Shown here: piece after piece, positions 14,008-28,249 of the stretch
How the letters are laid out: each line of letters opens with the position of its first letter
Position numbering within the stretch: position 1 is the stretch's first letter
Source of the DNA: Amphiscolops sp. MND2022
Taxonomy: Eukaryota
Direction: 5' to 3'
NCBI GenBank assembly: GCA_964187785.1
Contig: OZ076409.1
Span: forward strand, 47,742,001 to 47,806,000
Length of the DNA stretch: 64,000 bases
The notes under the pieces: generated by a model
Databases searched by the model: none
What the model was told of the DNA's origin: nothing
The model's input: the letters and a program-made list of their open reading frames with translations, nothing else
Position numbers and translations under genes: made by a program

Positions 14008-14433
14008 AACAAGCCAAGACGGGCCCAAGTCGGCGCCATATCTAAGGCTCAAAATAGCAAAAGGACTTCAAAGTCTCAAAGTATTGGTGAATTGGGGACC
14101 CTTTGGTGAAAAAAAATTGAAACGTTTCACAATGCCGAAAAAAAACTGGAAGGGGGGTCCTTTGGGATTTTCCAACATCTATTCTGTCGCAAAACTCCAA
14201 AAAATGAAGGGGGACCCTTTGGGGATTTTTTTCGAAAAAAGTCTCACAATGCCGAAAAAAACTGAAAGGTGGAAAACCTTTTTGGTTCAGTTCCCTGGGC
14301 CAACAGGTACAATTTGGGGCCTTCCTTTAAATTTTGTAGAACTATTTTGGTCACTTCACGTGTATCGAAAAAAAAAAACACTGACGAAAAGCCATGACTA
14401 TAGTCGACTCTTCCTTAAGAAAAGCGCCGACTA
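14008..14433 (+). mobile_element. Non-autonomous dispersed element, possibly Helentron/HINE-like
   Basis: 5' ACAAGCC..AGTCGGCGCCATATCTAAGGCTCAAAA; 3' TAGTCG..GCGCCGACTA stem; subterminal inverted AGTCGGCGC; A-rich flanks, no clear TSD. Confidence 0.6.
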
Positions 14434-14999
14434 AGAAGTGGATTAAAAAGGATTATGAACTAATTGTATCCACGGAAATTTCATTTTCAGTCTGTGGTAA
14501 CCTCCAGAAATATTTCCAAGTGCTTTTGTCTTTGCTTGCATCATTGCTTCACATCTACAATAATTTATCATTTTGCGGGGTGTTAAAAGTAGATTACCCC
14601 GGGAGCGGAGCTGTGATATTTATGCTTTGACAACAATCACCATCAACTTCAATGTTCAATATAGAATTGAACACTGTCGCTGCTACCGGAATTGGCGACA
14701 AAACAGATCAATTAAAGTTAACATTAACAAGACGCCCGTTGACAAGCAGGATGTTTTCCGTCCAAACTGTTCGAGCAACGACATAATTTTGAAGCTCAAG
14801 AGTAGCTAATGCAGTATTAAAATGCATAGATGTTTGCAGAAAAAAGTTTTCCGCTTTGTGGTAAAAAATCCAGATCAACTCAACATAGTCCAAAATCCGT
14901 TTATTTTATATATTCGTCCTTTTCCGGTGAAATTTTTCGGCAACTTCAGAGAGAGTTCGTGGAAATAAAATCTAAAAGTATTCAACAACGAATGGAGTA

Positions 15000-15655
15000 C
15001 AGTAGTGACATTATTAAAAGCAACAAAGCACGCGTAAAGAGTGCAAATAAACAAATCTCATTGGCTAAATAACGTCTCACGCGCTCATTTCATTGGTCGA
15101 GAGCGATTTCCAAAACATCATTTTTTAGTTTTTTTGACCCACTTACAATTTTTTCATTTCAAAATAATTTTGACAGAAAAATTCTCCCATTTTGAATCTG
15201 ACAATATAATTTTTTCTCGAAAATATTGTAAATTGTATCAGTACGAGCTTGTTTTAAGTGGTTATATTTCAAAATCGTATCTTATTACATGTATTTTCGA
15301 AAAAGCTTGATTTTACAACCTATTTTCTTTGAGATTTTAGAATGATTTCTCAATCAAAACATATCAGGGGCTTAAGTAAAATCAGGGGGGTCAAATGAAC
15401 ATAAAATTTTTCAAAAATTTTGAGCAAAAGTTAATCAAAAGTGAGAAAAAACCTCAATTTTGGCCTAAATTTGGCTAAAAATGGCCTATCGTGACTTCTA
15501 AAATTTTCATCGCATAATATTCAAACAAACATATTTGTAAACTAGATAAAAATCTAAGAAACTTTCACTTTTATCATTTTTCAAAAATCGCTGCTGTTTC
15601 AAAGATATTCGATTTTGAGATTTGCCTTTTGTTGCTTTTAATAATATCACTACTG
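15000..15655. mobile_element. MITE, Tc1/mariner-type
   Basis: ~28-bp TIRs CAGTAGTGA(C/T)ATTATTAAAAGCAACAAA with TA on both sides (14998-14999, 15656-15657); non-coding interior. Confidence 0.85.
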
Positions 15656-16339
15656 TAGTTATCCAGTTGGCTTTTCTGTAGAGATACTTGCTGTTTGTGA
15701 TTGCAGAGAAATTTCGTAATTGAGAAGTTTCAAAAAGCTCTAAACTATATAATTAGGTATGCAGTACGTTTTTGAGAGAGAAATTTGCAATTTCCTTTGG
15801 AGAAAATTAAACCAGAATGACCCAAACTAATAGTAAAATCCAGAAATTTCGAGTTTTTGACTTGATGCAATTTTTGTAAATTTTTCGAACAACTTCACGT
15901 GTAAGCAAGCATTCAACAACGACTGAACCCGGTTTCTAGTAGGCATTTTGGACGAAATATCTGCAGTTTTTGTTCAAAAAGACTGGTCGCTTTACAATAA
16001 TACCCTAGCTTACAGAGATGTTAAAAACGGAAGACGAAATCATTAACGAGAACAAATTGAAAACTCTGCCTTCAAAATTATCATTTCACTTCAGAACATT
16101 CAATAAAATCATATTTTATATACTAATTATTAGACGAATCCCATGCACCCAAGCACAAGAATACTAGTACTTCTTGACTGCCGTAGCTTGTAAGCATTTC
16201 AGGAGTAGCTCCACATTCAATCAACCTCTTCACCGAGAATAAAGAAAACAGTTTCGCCACGTCATCTCTTCGAAAGCCATGACGTCACCAACAGGAATGC
16301 AACACAGCACGAATTGATTGATGAGGAAGGATGACAAAA

Positions 16340-17198
<859 letters not shown>

Positions 17199-17462
17199 TC
17201 ATAACTGGCCATCATAACGGGAAATCATCGGGACTTTCACAAACGAGCACTTGATAACTTGCTTCTAAAGGATCACTTATAAGCAGCCTTAAAAACCTGA
17301 TCAAAACATTTCATTGATTTCAATCGTGGAAAGCACTTGAAGCACTAACGCAAAACAGTAGAAATCTCAAAAACTTTAAGAACACAAATTGCATGGGGAG
17401 ATTGAAGCATTTCTACAATAAATTAAACTATAGGACACTCATTTGATATGTTCTTCGAGAGT

Positions 17463-20400
17463 TCATGCTTGTTTTACAGCTTTGCGCACAAGAGCGTTGC
17501 CGTCTGGGTAAAGTTTGTTGAAACTTTCAATCACGTTTGGGTCGTACAGTCTGACTCCGTCTGTCTGGTTACCCAAAGTGATCCAATTGGGTCTGGTGTT
17601 ATGCATTCTACCGAACAACTCCAGTTTGCGGGTGCCAGGAGACAGTCTTTCTAATAACCCGTAAATTTCATCCGGCTTGTGAGAAGTCTCCCTCACCTCA
17701 GAAATCAACACGTCTGTATCGAGACATGATGTGTGGCCTTTCGGATTGCCTTTGATGCCCACTAGACAATGCTCTTTTCCATGGTTTATCCAGTGACCTA
17801 AAACATCACATTTAAAGATACATAGCGTCTCATTTTAAAACAGCACTTTCGAAAAAAAGCACAGTACAATAGTGACCTTCTAAGACCTTTAAATAATTTC
17901 AATGTATTTATTTTGAGAGAAATCACTAATTGCAGGTTCATATTTGATAAGCCTTAGGTTCAAATCCAGCTAGGGCTACAATTTAGGAAACCGGTTACGG
18001 AAGCATACAGGCCGCTTTTTCCTATAAAACAAGCCGGGACCGGCCCAAGTCGGCACCATATCCAAGGCTCAAACATAGCAAAAAGACTTCCAAGTGTCAA
18101 GTACTCTTTTACAGTACTCGAAAATCGAAATTAAAAAAAAATTCGAAAAAAATTACATACTCAAAAAATGGACCGAGTGGCGCGCCGGGGCTCGCTAGCG
18201 CGAGCCCCTGGCGCGCTAAAGTCTCACAATGCCGAAAAACTGAAAGGGGGGACCCTTTGAGGTTTTTCAACATCCATTGTCGCAAAACATGAAAAAATTG
18301 AAGAAAACAAAAATTTTCATTTTCGGGAAAAAATCTCACAATGCCGAAAAAAACTGAAAGGGGGGACCCTTTGGGATTTTTCAACATCCATTCTGTCGCA
18401 AAACATAAAAAAAATGCAGGGGGACCCTTTGGGGAAAAATTTTTTTTTCGAAAAAATAAGTCTCGCAGTGCCGAAAAAAATGAAAGGGTCTTTGGTCTCG
18501 CCCGGTATGGTATGTTACGCGGAAAAACAGGAAAAACCTTTTTGGTTCAGTTCGCTAGACTAAATAGTGCATTTTGATGCAATAATATTTTGTAGAACTT
18601 TTGTAGAACTATTTTGGTCAGTTCGTGTGGATAGAAAAAAAAGTCACTATAATAGTCGCGTTTCACTTCATGAAGCGCCGACTAAAAAACAGCCCACAGG
18701 GTCTCAACTGGATATTTCAGAATAATTTCATTCTCGAAAAAAACCTTGAGACTAAATGTCTCAATTTTTTAATGAAACTACACTCAACTCCGCTTATAAC
18801 GATTGCCCGGTGACCGGCGTTTTTTAATCGTTATATCCGAATATCGCTATAGGCGAAAATCGTTATATACTAGCATCGTGGTCGGGACCGTGGAACTCTA
18901 TCGCTATAACCGGAATATCTTTATAAACGTAATCGTTATAAACGGAGTTGAGTGTACTGAGCGCATGTTATGCTATAAATTCTGACCCACCTGTTCTGCC
19001 CGTTCGAATGAGTTTGCCGAGTTGGTTGATCTTTACCCAAATGAGATCTTCTGACCTCGTGTAGCCCCATTCCTTTAGGCATTCCCGGCCGACTTCCATG
19101 GCCCGGCCAGTGACCCAGAGAAATATGAAACCCTCGTCCTGTAAAGCAGGAATAGGCAGCGCTACCATCTCTTTATCAGACATTGTCCCATAAGGCAGCT
19201 CCATGTGGATATCCCAGGGTGGATCAGCCATGATGACTGAGAACTTTCCGAGACATGACATGTCAAAGTGCCTGACATCACACTGAATCCATTGACGAGG
19301 ATAAAGAAGGATGCTTTTGTCAGGAATACCTAAAGTATCAAGCATTTCTATTTTAAAAACGTTTTCTAAAAAAATAGCTCCCTGTTCGTGTCACTTGCGC
19401 ACCAAATTAAATTTGAAACTCATTGAAAAGTTTCAGATAAACAAAAAAAACGACTTCAACTTGCTTTGATTCACATTTTGACTCCTGGGCAGCCGGTCGT
19501 GTCTACATATCCACTTGTTTTATGGACATCTTGACTCCTCTCAAATCAAGCTACGACCTCTTACCTATTTCACACTTATGGTTTTTAGTCGGCGCTTTTC
19601 CATTAAGGGAAAAATGCCCGACTATAACAGTGACTGTTTTTTTTAGTCGGCGCGTTTTCCTTTTAAGGAAAAATGCCCGACTATAGCAGTGACCTTTTTT
19701 TTCTTCAGACTACAATCCTCACACTGATCGGTCCAATTTTCTTACAATTCTTACAATCTTAAAATCTTACAATTCTTAGCAAATTTAAATAAGATACTTT
19801 AAAAGCTTGCGAAGTAGTATTTTTACATCATCTAAGAAACTCAAAGGGACCAAAGGAACTTAGAGTACTTTCGGCTCTGTGAGACTTTTCGAAAAAAAAA
19901 TTTCCCAAAGGGTCCCCCCTTCAATTTTTTTGGAGTTTTCCGACAGAACGGATGTTGAAAAATCCCAAAGGGTCCCCCTTTCAGTTTTTTCGGCATTGTG
20001 AGACTTTTAAAAAAAATTCACCAAAAGTGCCGCTCCTTCAATTTTTTTGATGATTTGCGACAGAACGGATGAAAAATTTCAAAGTGTCGCCTCTGGTGTG
20101 CCAATTCGGTTCAACTTTTGAGTTTTTCCGGTACCGTAGAAGAGAATACTTGGAAGTCCTTTTGCTGTTTTTGAGCCTTAGATATGGCGCCGACTTGGGC
20201 CGTTCCCGGCTTGTTTCTTCAGACTACAATCCTCACACTGATCGGTCCACTTTTCTTACAATTCTTACTTGGCAAATTTAAAATACTGGCGCAAAAGCTT
20301 GCGTAGTATTTTTACATCATCTAAGAAACTCAAAGGGACCAAAGGGTACGCACTCCTTAGAGTATCTTCGGCTCTGTGAGACTTTTTCGAAAAAAAATTT

Positions 20401-23400
20401 TAATGTCCCAAAAGGTCCCCCTTCTACATTTTTCGGCACTATGCGACTTTTTTTGAAAGAAATTTTTTTCAAAAATTACAAGTTTTTTTCCAAAAAAAAA
20501 GTTTTGCGCTTTTTGAGCCTTAGATATGGCGCCGACTTTAGACGTTCTCGTCTTGTTTTACTTTCAATTCCATCTCTTAAACACAGAACAAGCCGAGAAC
20601 GGCCAAAGTCGGCGCTATATCTAAGGCTCAAAAAGTGCAAAATTTTCAAAATATGCTCATGACGTTTTTTATGAAAAACTCACAAAAAAGTTTCACCCAA
20701 AGGAAGCCTTCCGTGCTGGGAAAACGCTTCAGAAGTTCGGATATAGCGGCTGTGACAAATGCGAGCACTTGTTTTCGAACCTCCGCCTCCTCCTCAGTGA
20801 AACATAACTTACTTCGGAAATAACATCAAAAATTCGGATATAGCGCTTTACTCCGGATATTACGTTCGAATTTCGGATAGTATTGAAAAAAAATTAGTGG
20901 ATATGTATTGAGAAAACCTAATGTCAGATGAAAAATGACAATTTTGAACAGTCTCATAGTGCCGAAAAATCTGGAAGGGGGTACCCTTTGGGATTTTCAA
21001 ACATCTATGATGTTCCAAAATATCAAAAAAATGAAGGGGGACCCTTTGGTACAATCAAAAAATTTTCGAAAAAGTCTCATAGTGCCGAAAAAAAGTTAAA
21101 AACACCCAGATAGCCAAAGTGGGGATCCTTAGTTGTTTCCGAGGTTCTGAACGTCGGTTTTATAATTTTGGATGAGGTTCTAAGGTTTGCGGTATGTTTT
21201 GGTCAAACTGAACAAAAAAGTGGACCTTACGCGAGTAAAAAAAACTACCCACTGTAAGAGTCGGGCACATTTTCTACTAAAATGCGCCGACTAAAAACAC
21301 TTAAAATTTACTTCTATTTCTGGGTTGAGTTCAAAAAATCATTGAAAATCATCATCATCAAAAAATCGGGTGTTTTGAGATCGAACTAAATCTTTTGTTA
21401 AGGATCTCTCTGATCGAGAAAACTTCGATGCTTGAAGAAATATCGACAAAAAAGAAAGCGGCTAACTAAATAGGGTCCATTCGGAAACAAAAACAAGCAC
21501 AACCTTCTTTAATTTGAGAGTGCTTTTTCAGGTTATATACTTTGCAGTATCACGTTCAGGGCATCCTCATGTGGTTTGGCTTCTCCTGAGGCTTAATACC
21601 TTGTAGTACTGAGGAATACTGTGTGAAATGGTTGAATAGAAGGTTGTGAAATGGATGATCAATGCACTTTGACAATGGCGGAACCGGTTTACCGTTCTAC
21701 TGTATTGCCTGTGGCGATAGCATGCTCTTGACTAAACACTGCACGGGCAGGACTGAAGCTACCATTCATTTAATCAAAACGTATAATCATATGCGATGCT
21801 TTTTGAGATATTCCGACTGTTTTTTGAGATGAAAAGAAGTATTTGCGAACTGATTCGAATAATTTAAAGGAACCTGGTGTAGTGAAAATGAAATACCTCT
21901 AAACGACGAAAATGGCAATGATAGAGCTGTTCATTGAATAAAACGAATATTTCAGAGAACAACTTCGAAGTTTAAAATATTATTTCACCGCAGCTCCATT
22001 TTCATAATTATTAAAACAGGCGCAAAGGATCTTTCCGCAAGGCTCGCGTTAAATATGGGCCCACATTGGCATGCACGCAAAACCTATGAAAAGCTTAATA
22101 GATACAGCTAACGGTGGTGAGATATGCATCAGTAGAATTCAAACTACCTTTAGAGAAAATGGACCAATTTTCATGTTACGTTTTCTCTAAACTTTTTATG
22201 CCTACTTCCGACGTCCCCCGAATCTAATGTCTGAAAAGGACGATAAATCGTCTACGTAAATATATCACTGCGAGGTAAAAACCAAAAACTTTTTTGAGAC
22301 ACAAGTTACATGAATATTTGCAGCATTTCTTGGCGCATTGCTTCTCATAACTCCCGAGATAAAAAGATGCCTTATTGGAGCTTTAATTTCAATCAAAAAA
22401 CTTTCAGCAGAAGGTCTTCATTCGACAAAAAATTGCTCTCAACTATCATTTTCAAGTTTCCGGCACAGAAAAAACGATTGCGACCTTGCGGTTTTTTTTC
22501 GAAAATATAAAACGCTCCGATTAATGCGCTTCAAAGAAAAGCAACGGAGAGGGATGTCACTTTCAGGCGGTAAGATTAAGCAAACCGGGAACGGCCCAAG
22601 TCGGTGCCCCGCTAATGTTACAAAAAGGAAAGTTTTGAATATGCAAAAGGACACTATTGTAAATATAGTAGGTCGTATAGTGCCTAAAACCCCAATGAGG
22701 TGACCCTCTGGGGTTTTTTAACATCCATTCTGTTGCAAAATAACTTTGAAGGCGGACCCTTTGGAGACATTGGAATTTTTTTGAAAATAGTCTCAGAAAG
22801 CCGGAAAAAGGGGAGAGGACTCAGTGTCAAAAAAGTGGAAAGGGGGATCTTTTACTTTGGAATGGTTTTCTATTTCTTGTTAGAGGCTTTGGATGCGTTC
22901 AAAATCCACTAAACCCCTATGGTAAAAAGGCACAGTGCACAAAAAGTGGACCGATATGTTGGAGTGACGAAAAGACTAGCCACTGGAAGAGTCGTGCTCT
23001 TTCTTCACAAACAGTCAGTTCGTTCAATTTTCAGAGCGAATCGTGGCAAAAGGCTCCGCTCCGGTTATGCTACGCTCGCCTAAGAAGCACTTCAAACATG
23101 GCTTGCAAACAAATCTACTTTGAAAGAAAGCAATTTTCAGATCCTGGATCAGTGTGAAGAAATTAGGCCCCTGCGAGGCACATTATTATTTCTGCTTTTA
23201 AGCTTTCAAGTTCAATAATAGAAGCATATCTGGAATAACTAAACACTCCTGTTTAATCATTATATAACGCGCAATTAATGAATGAACTAGTTTACACCGC
23301 CTTTGATTCTTCTCTCACTAAAGAAAATATAACTACAAAGTGTAGACGAAGTTTCGCATTCATCTCAATAATTCGCTTCATCTGAATAACTCCGCGTACG

Positions 23401-24842
23401 AAAGCATAATTGCGAACATTCGCTCGTTTCAAGGAATTGTCGTCGGCAGCTTCAGAAATTTGAATCTCACCTTCATACTCACTGCCGAACAAATCATCTA
23501 AATGCCCTGATGAACAATCGCTGACATCAAAATGGAAACTTTTGTTCAAAGAAGGATCAAAATGGAAACAAAGAAGGATCTGGTAAAGCCAGAAAATGAT
23601 CGAGAGGAGACATGACTGTTTGAAGACTAAGATAGAAGAAGTCGATTGCTACTTCAATTACTATACTCTGGTCCACTTTTTGAATTTATATGCCGTAAAA
23701 ATACCATACTTAATAGCACTGAAATTCTAGGAAAAAATATCCCCAACTTCTGGTAGCTTAAAGAAATACGATAGCCAAGGAAGGCTACAACAGTGTACCC
23801 ATTTGGGACATTCCTGATTTGTTCAAATGAATGCCAATCATAGAATTATGAAGAAAATACCTTTGGAAACGTTCTTCTTGTCTTGCTCCAAAAAATTTGG
23901 CATCTGATAATCTTTGAGATCTAGTTCATAATGAACATACTTGCAAACTTCCATATGAAAGCAAGTATTCAAAAAAGAGCAATCTCCCAGTTTCCATTCG
24001 GTGGAGGCGTTATTGACTGGCCTGTAGTGTAATTTGCGGCAGATTTCGTATCGTTGGTTGACTTGTTGTTTCATCCCATCTCGAAAACGTCTCTTATTAA
24101 AGTCACATTCAGATCTGGTCAAGTAAGTGCAAAACTCAATTATCCTCTGTTCTTGACTTTTGAATTTTTCCAAGTTCATTAAATCTCCAGCTGAAGGCAT
24201 CGAGATCAAGTCATGAATTTGTCGAGCCATATCAGAATGTTGCCTCTCATTAAAACTTTTTGTGTTAATAAGCTCTATGGCTTTCTCCTTCCAATAAGTT
24301 GAGTAATGCTTGGAAGATTTCGGAGGGATGTCATTGAAGACTTCAACTAGCTTGCGTTTTCTTGTAGGTTCAATAAAATTTCCACAATCAAAAGAATCAG
24401 CGGTCTCCTCTTGGTACTGATAAACATCTTTCAATACAAAGTAATTGATGAAAATCACTTTCCTGTCTTTTATATCGAATTCTATCAAGTTCTGACAACC
24501 TAATTTTTCGAGGGTACAGCAAATGGAATCTTCGAGATTACTATAGCTATTTTCTCCGTTCAGCTGATACATCTTGACAATTTCAGTAACAGATAATGGG
24601 ATCTTAATTTCATCTTTGAGCAATATGCGCATCAGACATAATTCTCCTTCCAGTTTCAAAGGTTCAAACAATACAGGTTCTCGATTCAGTGAAGAGGTGG
24701 TGTCCAGTGTAACAGAAAACCCTGGAATTAAATCTTTGATGGACTTCAAATCACTAGCTAAAGAATTCCGGAGACTATGAATAGATTTCGTGATTTCGGC
24801 TGTCTGTCGTCGAACAGAACATAATTGATCCCAGGCACTCAT
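17463..24842 (-). CDS. METTL3: mRNA m6A methyltransferase catalytic subunit, 3 exons
   Basis: Exons 24842-23861, 19347 (or 19329)-18991, 17797-17463, phase-1 GT-AG introns; tandem CCCH fingers ([20 protein letters not shown]), catalytic [51 protein letters not shown]. Confidence 0.96.
18028..18684 (+). mobile_element. Intronic copy of the non-autonomous dispersed element
   Basis: Same termini as 14008-14433; internal repeats of TCTCACAATGCCGAAAAAACTGAAAGGGGGGACCCTTTG. Confidence 0.65.
18781..18954. mobile_element. 174-bp MITE with TA target duplication
   Basis: TIR CACTCAACTCCG(C/T)TTATAACGATT at both ends; TA at 18779-18780 and 18955-18956. Confidence 0.85.
19583..21293. repeat. Cluster of three dispersed-element copies (minus ~19583-20215, minus ~20217-20556, plus 20587-21293)
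   Basis: Repeated termini TTTTGAGCCTTAGATATGGCGCCGACTT..CTTGTT and GCGCCGACTAAAAA; duplicated terminal hairpin at 19583-19695; 19701-19900 recurs at 20216-20400. Confidence 0.65.
22580..23010 (+). repeat. Older diverged copy of the dispersed element
   Basis: CAAACCGGGAACGGCCCAAGTCGGTGCC start; ACATCCATTCTGTTGCAAAA and AAAAAGTGGACCGAT cores. Confidence 0.5.
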
Positions 24843-25488
24843 ACCTTCTGAAAAAGTAGAGATTAAAACGTTAGAAACAAAAGTTGGAGTCAAGATTATA
24901 CACAGCTCCTGCTTTATACCGGGGATGGTACTAAATCTCACCCTTGAAGTGTCATAACTTTGTGTGCTATTTTTGCCGAGATAAAATATTTCAAGGTTTT
25001 CGTATTTTCATTTGAACTTTCAGTGTAAATAGTCTGAAACTTTCAAAAAACATTTTTGATGATGTCAATTTTCGTTTCGTCGATCTCGAAAAAAACTTGC
25101 CAATCAATAATTGCAATAATGAGTTCTGAAAAACTACGCCAATCAATTAATTGTTGCAAATAACTGCAATTAATTGAACACCTAATATGTAATAGCCAAC
25201 CCCTGGGCGGCTCATTGAAATCGACTTCAGGAGTAACCTCTTCCAAGCAAAGTAACCCGCGCCGCTATTGAACGTCTACCGCCGCTATTGAGTTTCTGGG
25301 GAAGAAATGCAAAGAGAAACAAGCTCATATTGAGGTAAATTGAAGTGACAAAAACTACACATAGGCAGAGCACTTTCAGCAAGCGAAGGTCCAGTACCAA
25401 AAAATGGAGACCTCGCAGGAGTCATCTCACAGAGCTGTGCCAAATGAAGGGACGAAGATACCCGCACGCCCAAAATTATCTCTAATCC

Positions 25489-28249
25489 TCAAGAGGAACT
25501 GAAGCAGATACAAAGCCAGAAATCAACTGAATCAGATGCGTCTCGCCATGGCGGTGTATTGATATCTGTGAAGAAAACTATCAAATCCGAGGAAGTTAGT
25601 GTTGACGAATTACCTCTACCAGTTCAATCTTCACTTCGCGTTACTAAACTGATTGGCTTAGAACCTTTGTACGTTGCAGTTCTCTACAATCCTCCGGAGA
25701 ACAGCAAATACCGGATATCTATTGAGGACTTACAGAAGTTATTCCGCTTCTTTGAGGAAACGTGCTCCGTCTCCTCTTTACCGGTGACTTCAACATGCCT
25801 CGCACTAATTGGAGTTCCTACGATTCTGTCGATGATTATGAAAATCAGATCGCTTCGCTAGTGTTCGATTTGAACTTAAAACAATACATTTCAATACAAC
25901 AAAGAAAAGTTGTCTTGATCTTGTGTTTTGCAATGAAGATTCAATCATTAATGATACAAAGCTGTGCGGAAAGCTATCTCGGTTCTCAATCCATTTTCCT
26001 ATCACCATCAATGTGTCCATAAATAGTAAAGTTCCAGAGAAATTGTCAACGAGATACTTTAGTTACTGCAATTGTGATTTCGATGCGCTGAATGAAGATA
26101 TCATTACCAATCCTTTCGAACCGTACTGCTATAGCAATGTGGATGTTAACACGAATCTCTGGTATGAATGGATTTTTCAATTGATCGAAAAACATGTTCC
26201 TATCCGAACTAAAAACAGGAAACTACTGCCTCCATGGACATCTGCTGGGACATCACATCACATGATTAAAACAGAGCGAAGAAAACTGCGGGAAAAAAGG
26301 ACTGTGTACGTCTGAAAAACTGGAAAGGCTAACCGAAGAATGTGATCAACTGCAAACAAATGATAGAGTCGATTACGAACAAAAGGTTTTTGCCAGCAGA
26401 CTCAAAGGACGAATTTTCAAATATTTCAAAAGCCTGAAAAAGGACAGTCTACCGCCAGTTATAAAATCCGAGAGCTTGAAAAAGGAAGCTACCACAGATC
26501 TTGAGAAGGCAAACCTTTTTAACAATTACTTTGCTACGGTAGTGACTGACGATGATTATGAATACTTCCAACCAAGCGAACAGCATATTTACGGGGAAAA
26601 TGACATCAAGATTACGGAAGATTTGATAAAAACAGAGCTACGGTCACTTAACATCTCGAAGATCAGAGGTCACGATTCGATACCACCCATATTGTATAAA
26701 AAATGCGGGGGAACAATCGCTACGTCCCTTCGAAATTTGTTCAATAATATCAAGCGATTGCGCAAATTTCCATCTGCATGGAAGACTGGAATTGTCAGTC
26801 CGATATACAAAGATGGTGACAAAAGAGAAGTTTCGAACTACAGGCCAGTTACTCTCCTGAACATAATCTCAAAATCAATTGGAAAATTCATCTCTGCACC
26901 AATTTATACTGCGTTTGCTAGTTTAATAAGTAGTTTCCAATTTGGTTTCAGGCCAAGACGTTCAGTTGCACTGCAATTATTATACAGCTTATCTCATATT
27001 TACTCACACTTGAACTCGAGAGAGTCTGTTAATTTATTAGTCCTATTTGATTTCTCTAAAGCGTTTGATAAAATAAAGCATAGTATCCTCATGAAAAAGT
27101 TGCTGCAAATTCCCATCTCCAAAGCGTTATTTGAGCTAATACAAGACTACCTATTGGGAAGAACACAGAAAGTGCGAGTAGGTGACCAGTTATCGAATGA
27201 GCGGGCTGTAACATCTGGAGTCCCACAGGGATCGGTGTTGGGACCATTACTCTTCTTGATTTATATAAACGATCTCCCCACTGTTGTTTTCTCATCGTTG
27301 GCTTTACTAATAGCCGACGATTTGAAACTGATTTTCAATGGAAGAGCTGAACAAGAATCCTTAGAGAAACTACAAATCGACTTACAAGCCCTTCACAACT
27401 GGAGTGTGCAAAATCATCTACTATTCAATTTGAAAAAGTGTTCAATCAGCGAATTTCAGTTCGGCAGAAATAAGAACACTCTGGAAGGAGTTTGTTTCAT
27501 TATAGAGGGTCGAAGTTTAAACCACAAAAGCCTTGTTCGTAACGTCGGCCTGATGATAGACGAATCACTAAACTGGACCGAGCACGTCAAAGTTAGAGTT
27601 GGGAAGGCAGCAAAATCTTTCTTTCTGCTAAGAAGAAGTTCGTCCCTGATCATTTGTACCCAAAGTAAAGCCCATCTCTATCGAACAATAATAACATCGT
27701 CGTTTATTTTTGCATCCTCCGAATGCTGGGAACTAAGAAAAACTAGTTTCAAAATCCTTGAAACATTCAACAAAAAAGTTTTGAAGTGGATTTGCGGGAA
27801 CTTGGATTATAAGGATGCTTTGGTCCAATCAAACTTATTACCACCACTCTACTTTAAAGTGCTCAAAGACCTTTTACTTTTCAGTAACATACTAGAAGGA
27901 AGATACAGTGTGGATTTTTCGAAAGAATTCAAAATCACAAACAGCGGTAGAAGGAGACGTGTTGTGCTTCCAGACACTAGATATGAAATACAGAGGCAGA
28001 ATTTTTGGTACAGAACTGGATTCAGAATAAACGTCGTGCAAAGAACTCTCGATTTCTTCAACCCGGAGAATCTCAAGAAGAAACTACTTGAATATATGTG
28101 GATGTATTTTAACAGACATTATACTGAAAACAATCCCTGTACTTGGATATTTATTTGCTTATGTGTGGACTGTCGTGCCAATCCTAGATTGTAATAGCGG
28201 GGTATAATTCCCCAGTGGCATATCCACGAAGCCCTATTAATAATATAAA
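25489..28249 (+). mobile_element. 5'-truncated CR1/L2-group LINE
   Basis: Frameshifted APE endonuclease remnant (HGGVLI, YNPP, TGDFNMP), RT domain, short 3' UTR with TAA-rich tail; TAATCC on both sides (25483-25488, 28250-28255); empty site present at ~30302. Confidence 0.92.
26476..28194 (+). CDS. LINE ORF2 reverse transcriptase portion (open segment of a disrupted ORF)
   Basis: NYRPVTLL, QFGFRP, DFSKAFDKI, SGVPQGSVLGPLLFLIYINDLP, IADD (variant of F/YADD), C-terminal PCTW..CLCVDCR. Confidence 0.88.
   Translation: MKKEATTDLEKANLFNNYFATVVTDDDYEYFQPSEQHIYGENDIKITEDLIKTELRSLNISKIRGHDSIPPILYKKCGGTIATSLRNLFNNIKRLRKFPSAWKTGIVSPIYKDGDKREVSNYRPVTLLNIISKSIGKFISAPIYTAFASLISSFQFGFRPRRSVALQLLYSLSHIYSHLNSRESVNLLVLFDFSKAFDKIKHSILMKKLLQIPISKALFELIQDYLLGRTQKVRVGDQLSNERAVTSGVPQGSVLGPLLFLIYINDLPTVVFSSLALLIADDLKLIFNGRAEQESLEKLQIDLQALHNWSVQNHLLFNLKKCSISEFQFGRNKNTLEGVCFIIEGRSLNHKSLVRNVGLMIDESLNWTEHVKVRVGKAAKSFFLLRRSSSLIICTQSKAHLYRTIITSSFIFASSECWELRKTSFKILETFNKKVLKWICGNLDYKDALVQSNLLPPLYFKVLKDLLLFSNILEGRYSVDFSKEFKITNSGRRRRVVLPDTRYEIQRQNFWYRTGFRINVVQRTLDFFNPENLKKKLLEYMWMYFNRHYTENNPCTWIFICLCVDCRANPRL

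Noticed and set aside
14084..14434. Short ORFs such as [21 protein letters not shown] (also 915, 18341, 20928)
   Set aside because: Chance frames in a non-coding dispersed repeat, inconsistent between copies
25260..25291. Direct repeat CGCCGCTATTGA x2 upstream of METTL3
   Set aside because: Could be a promoter motif, but two 12-mers give too little support
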